This document shows positions 42,592 to 44,077 of a stretch of DNA of 44,077 nt, piece after piece; the stretch's first letter is position 1, and the number at the start of each line of letters is the position of its first letter. Both the position numbers and the translations under genes were made by a program. Under the pieces are notes generated by a model. The model was not told the origin of the DNA, did no database searches, and saw only the letters and a program-made list of their open reading frames with translations. This DNA comes from an uncultured Candidatus Saccharibacteria bacterium (GTDB taxonomy: Bacteria > Patescibacteriota > Minisyncoccia > Minisyncoccales > 2-12-FULL-40-12), in contig CAYJRW010000001.1 in NCBI GenBank assembly GCA_964372865.1, forward strand, positions 1 through 44,077. Reading direction: 5' to 3'.

Positions 42592-43011
42592 TTATTTCTC
42601 GCGTTTAGTTCCGTATTTACTCCGTTCCTGTTTCCTTCCTTCAACGCCTCCTGTATCCAGCACGCCTCTAACCACATGGTATCTGACTCCGGGCAAATCC
42701 TTCACCCTTCCGCCCCTGATTAAAACAACAGAGTGTTCCTGCAAAGTGTGGCCTTCGCCAGGAATATAAGCTGTTACCTCCATGCCGTTGGTTAAACGAA
42801 CCCTGGCAACTTTTCTTAAAGCGGAATTGGGCTTTTTTGGAGTAACAGTAAAAACTTTAATACACACTCCTCTCTTGAAAGGCGAATAATATTCCTTGGG
42901 TCTGTTTTTCAAAACATTAAAACCAAAAGTCAAAGCCGGCGTCTTGTGGCGCTTTTTAATTCTCTTCCTTCCTTTTTTGATTAGTTGATGTATTGTCGGA
43001 CACATGCTCAA
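42592..43011 (-). CDS. rpsL: 30S ribosomal protein S12
   Basis: 139 aa with [11 protein letters not shown] and [20 protein letters not shown]. The start may be the second Met (43005). Confidence 0.95.
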   Translation of the reverse strand: MSMCPTIHQLIKKGRKRIKKRHKTPALTFGFNVLKNRPKEYYSPFKRGVCIKVFTVTPKKPNSALRKVARVRLTNGMEVTAYIPGEGHTLQEHSVVLIRGGRVKDLPGVRYHVVRGVLDTGGVEGRKQERSKYGTKREK

Positions 43012-43064
43012 AAATAATTAAGCGCTGAGCGCTCAATGTAATTTAGCAAATAATTCATATAAAG

Positions 43065-44045
43065 TCAAACGTTCAGCATAATTCTTATTAATTTTAACGA
43101 GTTTCCGTGTTTCAGCAAGCCGAAATAAGAACTAAAAGTTTCTTGTCTTGGCGATTTACGTAATCTCTTTAACATCCTTCTCTTTGTGGTTGTCCTTAAA
43201 ACCCTGTGGTCAGGGAAATTAACCCAGCCCAGAAAATCAATGCCTGAAGCCAAGGTTTTAATGAAGATTTTGTCTGGATGAAGCTCCAATTTTAAATTCT
43301 CGGCTAAAAAACTCCTTATGGGAACAATCAGGTTTTTCAGCCAGCTTTTATTACCAGATAAAATAACAAAGCCGTCAGCATACCTAATATAGTATTTCGC
43401 TTTAAGTTTGTGTTTAACAAACTGGTCAAGCTCATTCATATAGATATTGACAAATAATTGTGAGGTGAGATTGACGAGGGACAAACCGGTGTTGGGTTTT
43501 GACGAAAAGCTTCTTATAACATTTTCAAGAAGCGAGATAATGTTTTTGTCTGGAATATACTTTTTCAAGATTCCAATTAAAATATCGTGGTTAATGTTCT
43601 CAAAGAATTTTTTGATGTCGCATTTTAAAACCCACCCTGTTTTTGTGTTATTTTTACTGACTTGGTAAGTAAACTGGCGAAGGCGGTTTATGGATTTGTG
43701 CGTTCCTTTATTAAGACGGCAGGAAAAAGAATCAGAAATAAAAACCCTGTCAAAGAAAGGGTATAGAATTCTATAAATGGCGTGGTGGAGCAGCCTGTCT
43801 CTGACCTCTGCCTTGTGAATTCTTCTCGGCTTTGGGTCGTTTATTTTAAACGCCTTGTATCCTCCGTGCTGGTAAGTATGGTTGGCAAGCCCTTGGTTCA
43901 GAGATATAATATTATCCATAAGGCGCAAAGAGAATTCCTGCACGTCTTTTTTGCCTCTTTTGCCTCTGACAAATTCTTTCCACGCCTCCAAAAGGTTTTC
44001 AACCGATATAATATCTTCAAAAGTATGACTCAACTGAATTTTCAT
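43065..44045 (-). CDS. Reverse transcriptase, DGR-clade-like, with non-canonical YADG and VNLTSQ motifs
   Basis: 326 aa with RIHKAEVRDRLLHHAIY (motifs 1/2), VLKCDIKKFFENINHD (motif A Asp), GLSLVNLTSQLFVNIYMNELD (DGR-type xxxSQ motif, 43458-43487) and IRYADGFVIL (motif C, 43371-43382). Confidence 0.8.
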   Translation of the reverse strand: MKIQLSHTFEDIISVENLLEAWKEFVRGKRGKKDVQEFSLRLMDNIISLNQGLANHTYQHGGYKAFKINDPKPRRIHKAEVRDRLLHHAIYRILYPFFDRVFISDSFSCRLNKGTHKSINRLRQFTYQVSKNNTKTGWVLKCDIKKFFENINHDILIGILKKYIPDKNIISLLENVIRSFSSKPNTGLSLVNLTSQLFVNIYMNELDQFVKHKLKAKYYIRYADGFVILSGNKSWLKNLIVPIRSFLAENLKLELHPDKIFIKTLASGIDFLGWVNFPDHRVLRTTTKRRMLKRLRKSPRQETFSSYFGLLKHGNSLKLIRIMLNV

Positions 44046-44064
44046 AACAATTTTTCAGCTAATA

Positions 44065-44075
44065 ACCCCCCCCCC
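44065..44075. repeat. C11 homopolymer (G11 on the coding strand) 20-30 nt upstream of the RT start, at the window edge
   Basis: Read directly from the sequence: ataaccccccccccc ga at the last bases of the window. Confidence 0.6.
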
Positions 44076-44077
44076 GA

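Noticed and set aside
43012-43064. A DGR template repeat or retron-like ncRNA in the RT-rpsL spacer.
   Set aside because: The spacer is only 53 nt. It contains just a short AGCGC-TGA-GCGCT hairpin and is too small for a TR or msr/msd. I did not spot a TR/VR-like long repeat elsewhere in the window by eye, but I cannot exclude one without a computed self-alignment.

Overview
This AT-rich, very gene-dense window has every credible gene on the minus strand. Reading 5'->3' on the minus strand (high to low coordinates), the order is as follows. A DGR-type reverse transcriptase comes first, then the str operon (rpsL-rpsG-fusA-tuf). An S10/spc ribosomal block follows (rpsJ to rplO, with no L30 gene), then secY-adk-map. 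A roughly 9 kb non-ribosomal insert separates map from infA. It carries GT2, galT, tpiA, msrAB, a YkuK-like gene, a short alaS, and an FtsA/PilM-like ATPase with a membrane partner. After infA come rpmJ-rpsM-rpsK-rpsD-rpoA-rplQ-rplM. Next is a six-gene polyamine operon with an embedded SET-domain methyltransferase, then secA, three small genes and secDF. The window ends with a sigma-region-4/HARE-HTH protein, a membrane protein and a soluble TraD/VirD4-like ATPase that runs off the edge. I found no rRNA, tRNA or CRISPR. The missing L30, trimmed ribosomal proteins, an RpoA without alpha-CTD and the DGR-type RT are consistent with a reduced-genome (CPR/Patescibacteria-like) bacterium using the standard code; that placement is inference only. 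The most unusual nucleotide-level signals are: (i) a TIR-bounded miniature repeat present twice, in opposite orientations, in spacers of the ribosomal operon; (ii) a GC-rich core of about 65 nt present twice, whose two hairpins differ in sequence but keep their pairing; (iii) several 7-nt-period tandem tracts inside essential genes and spacers.
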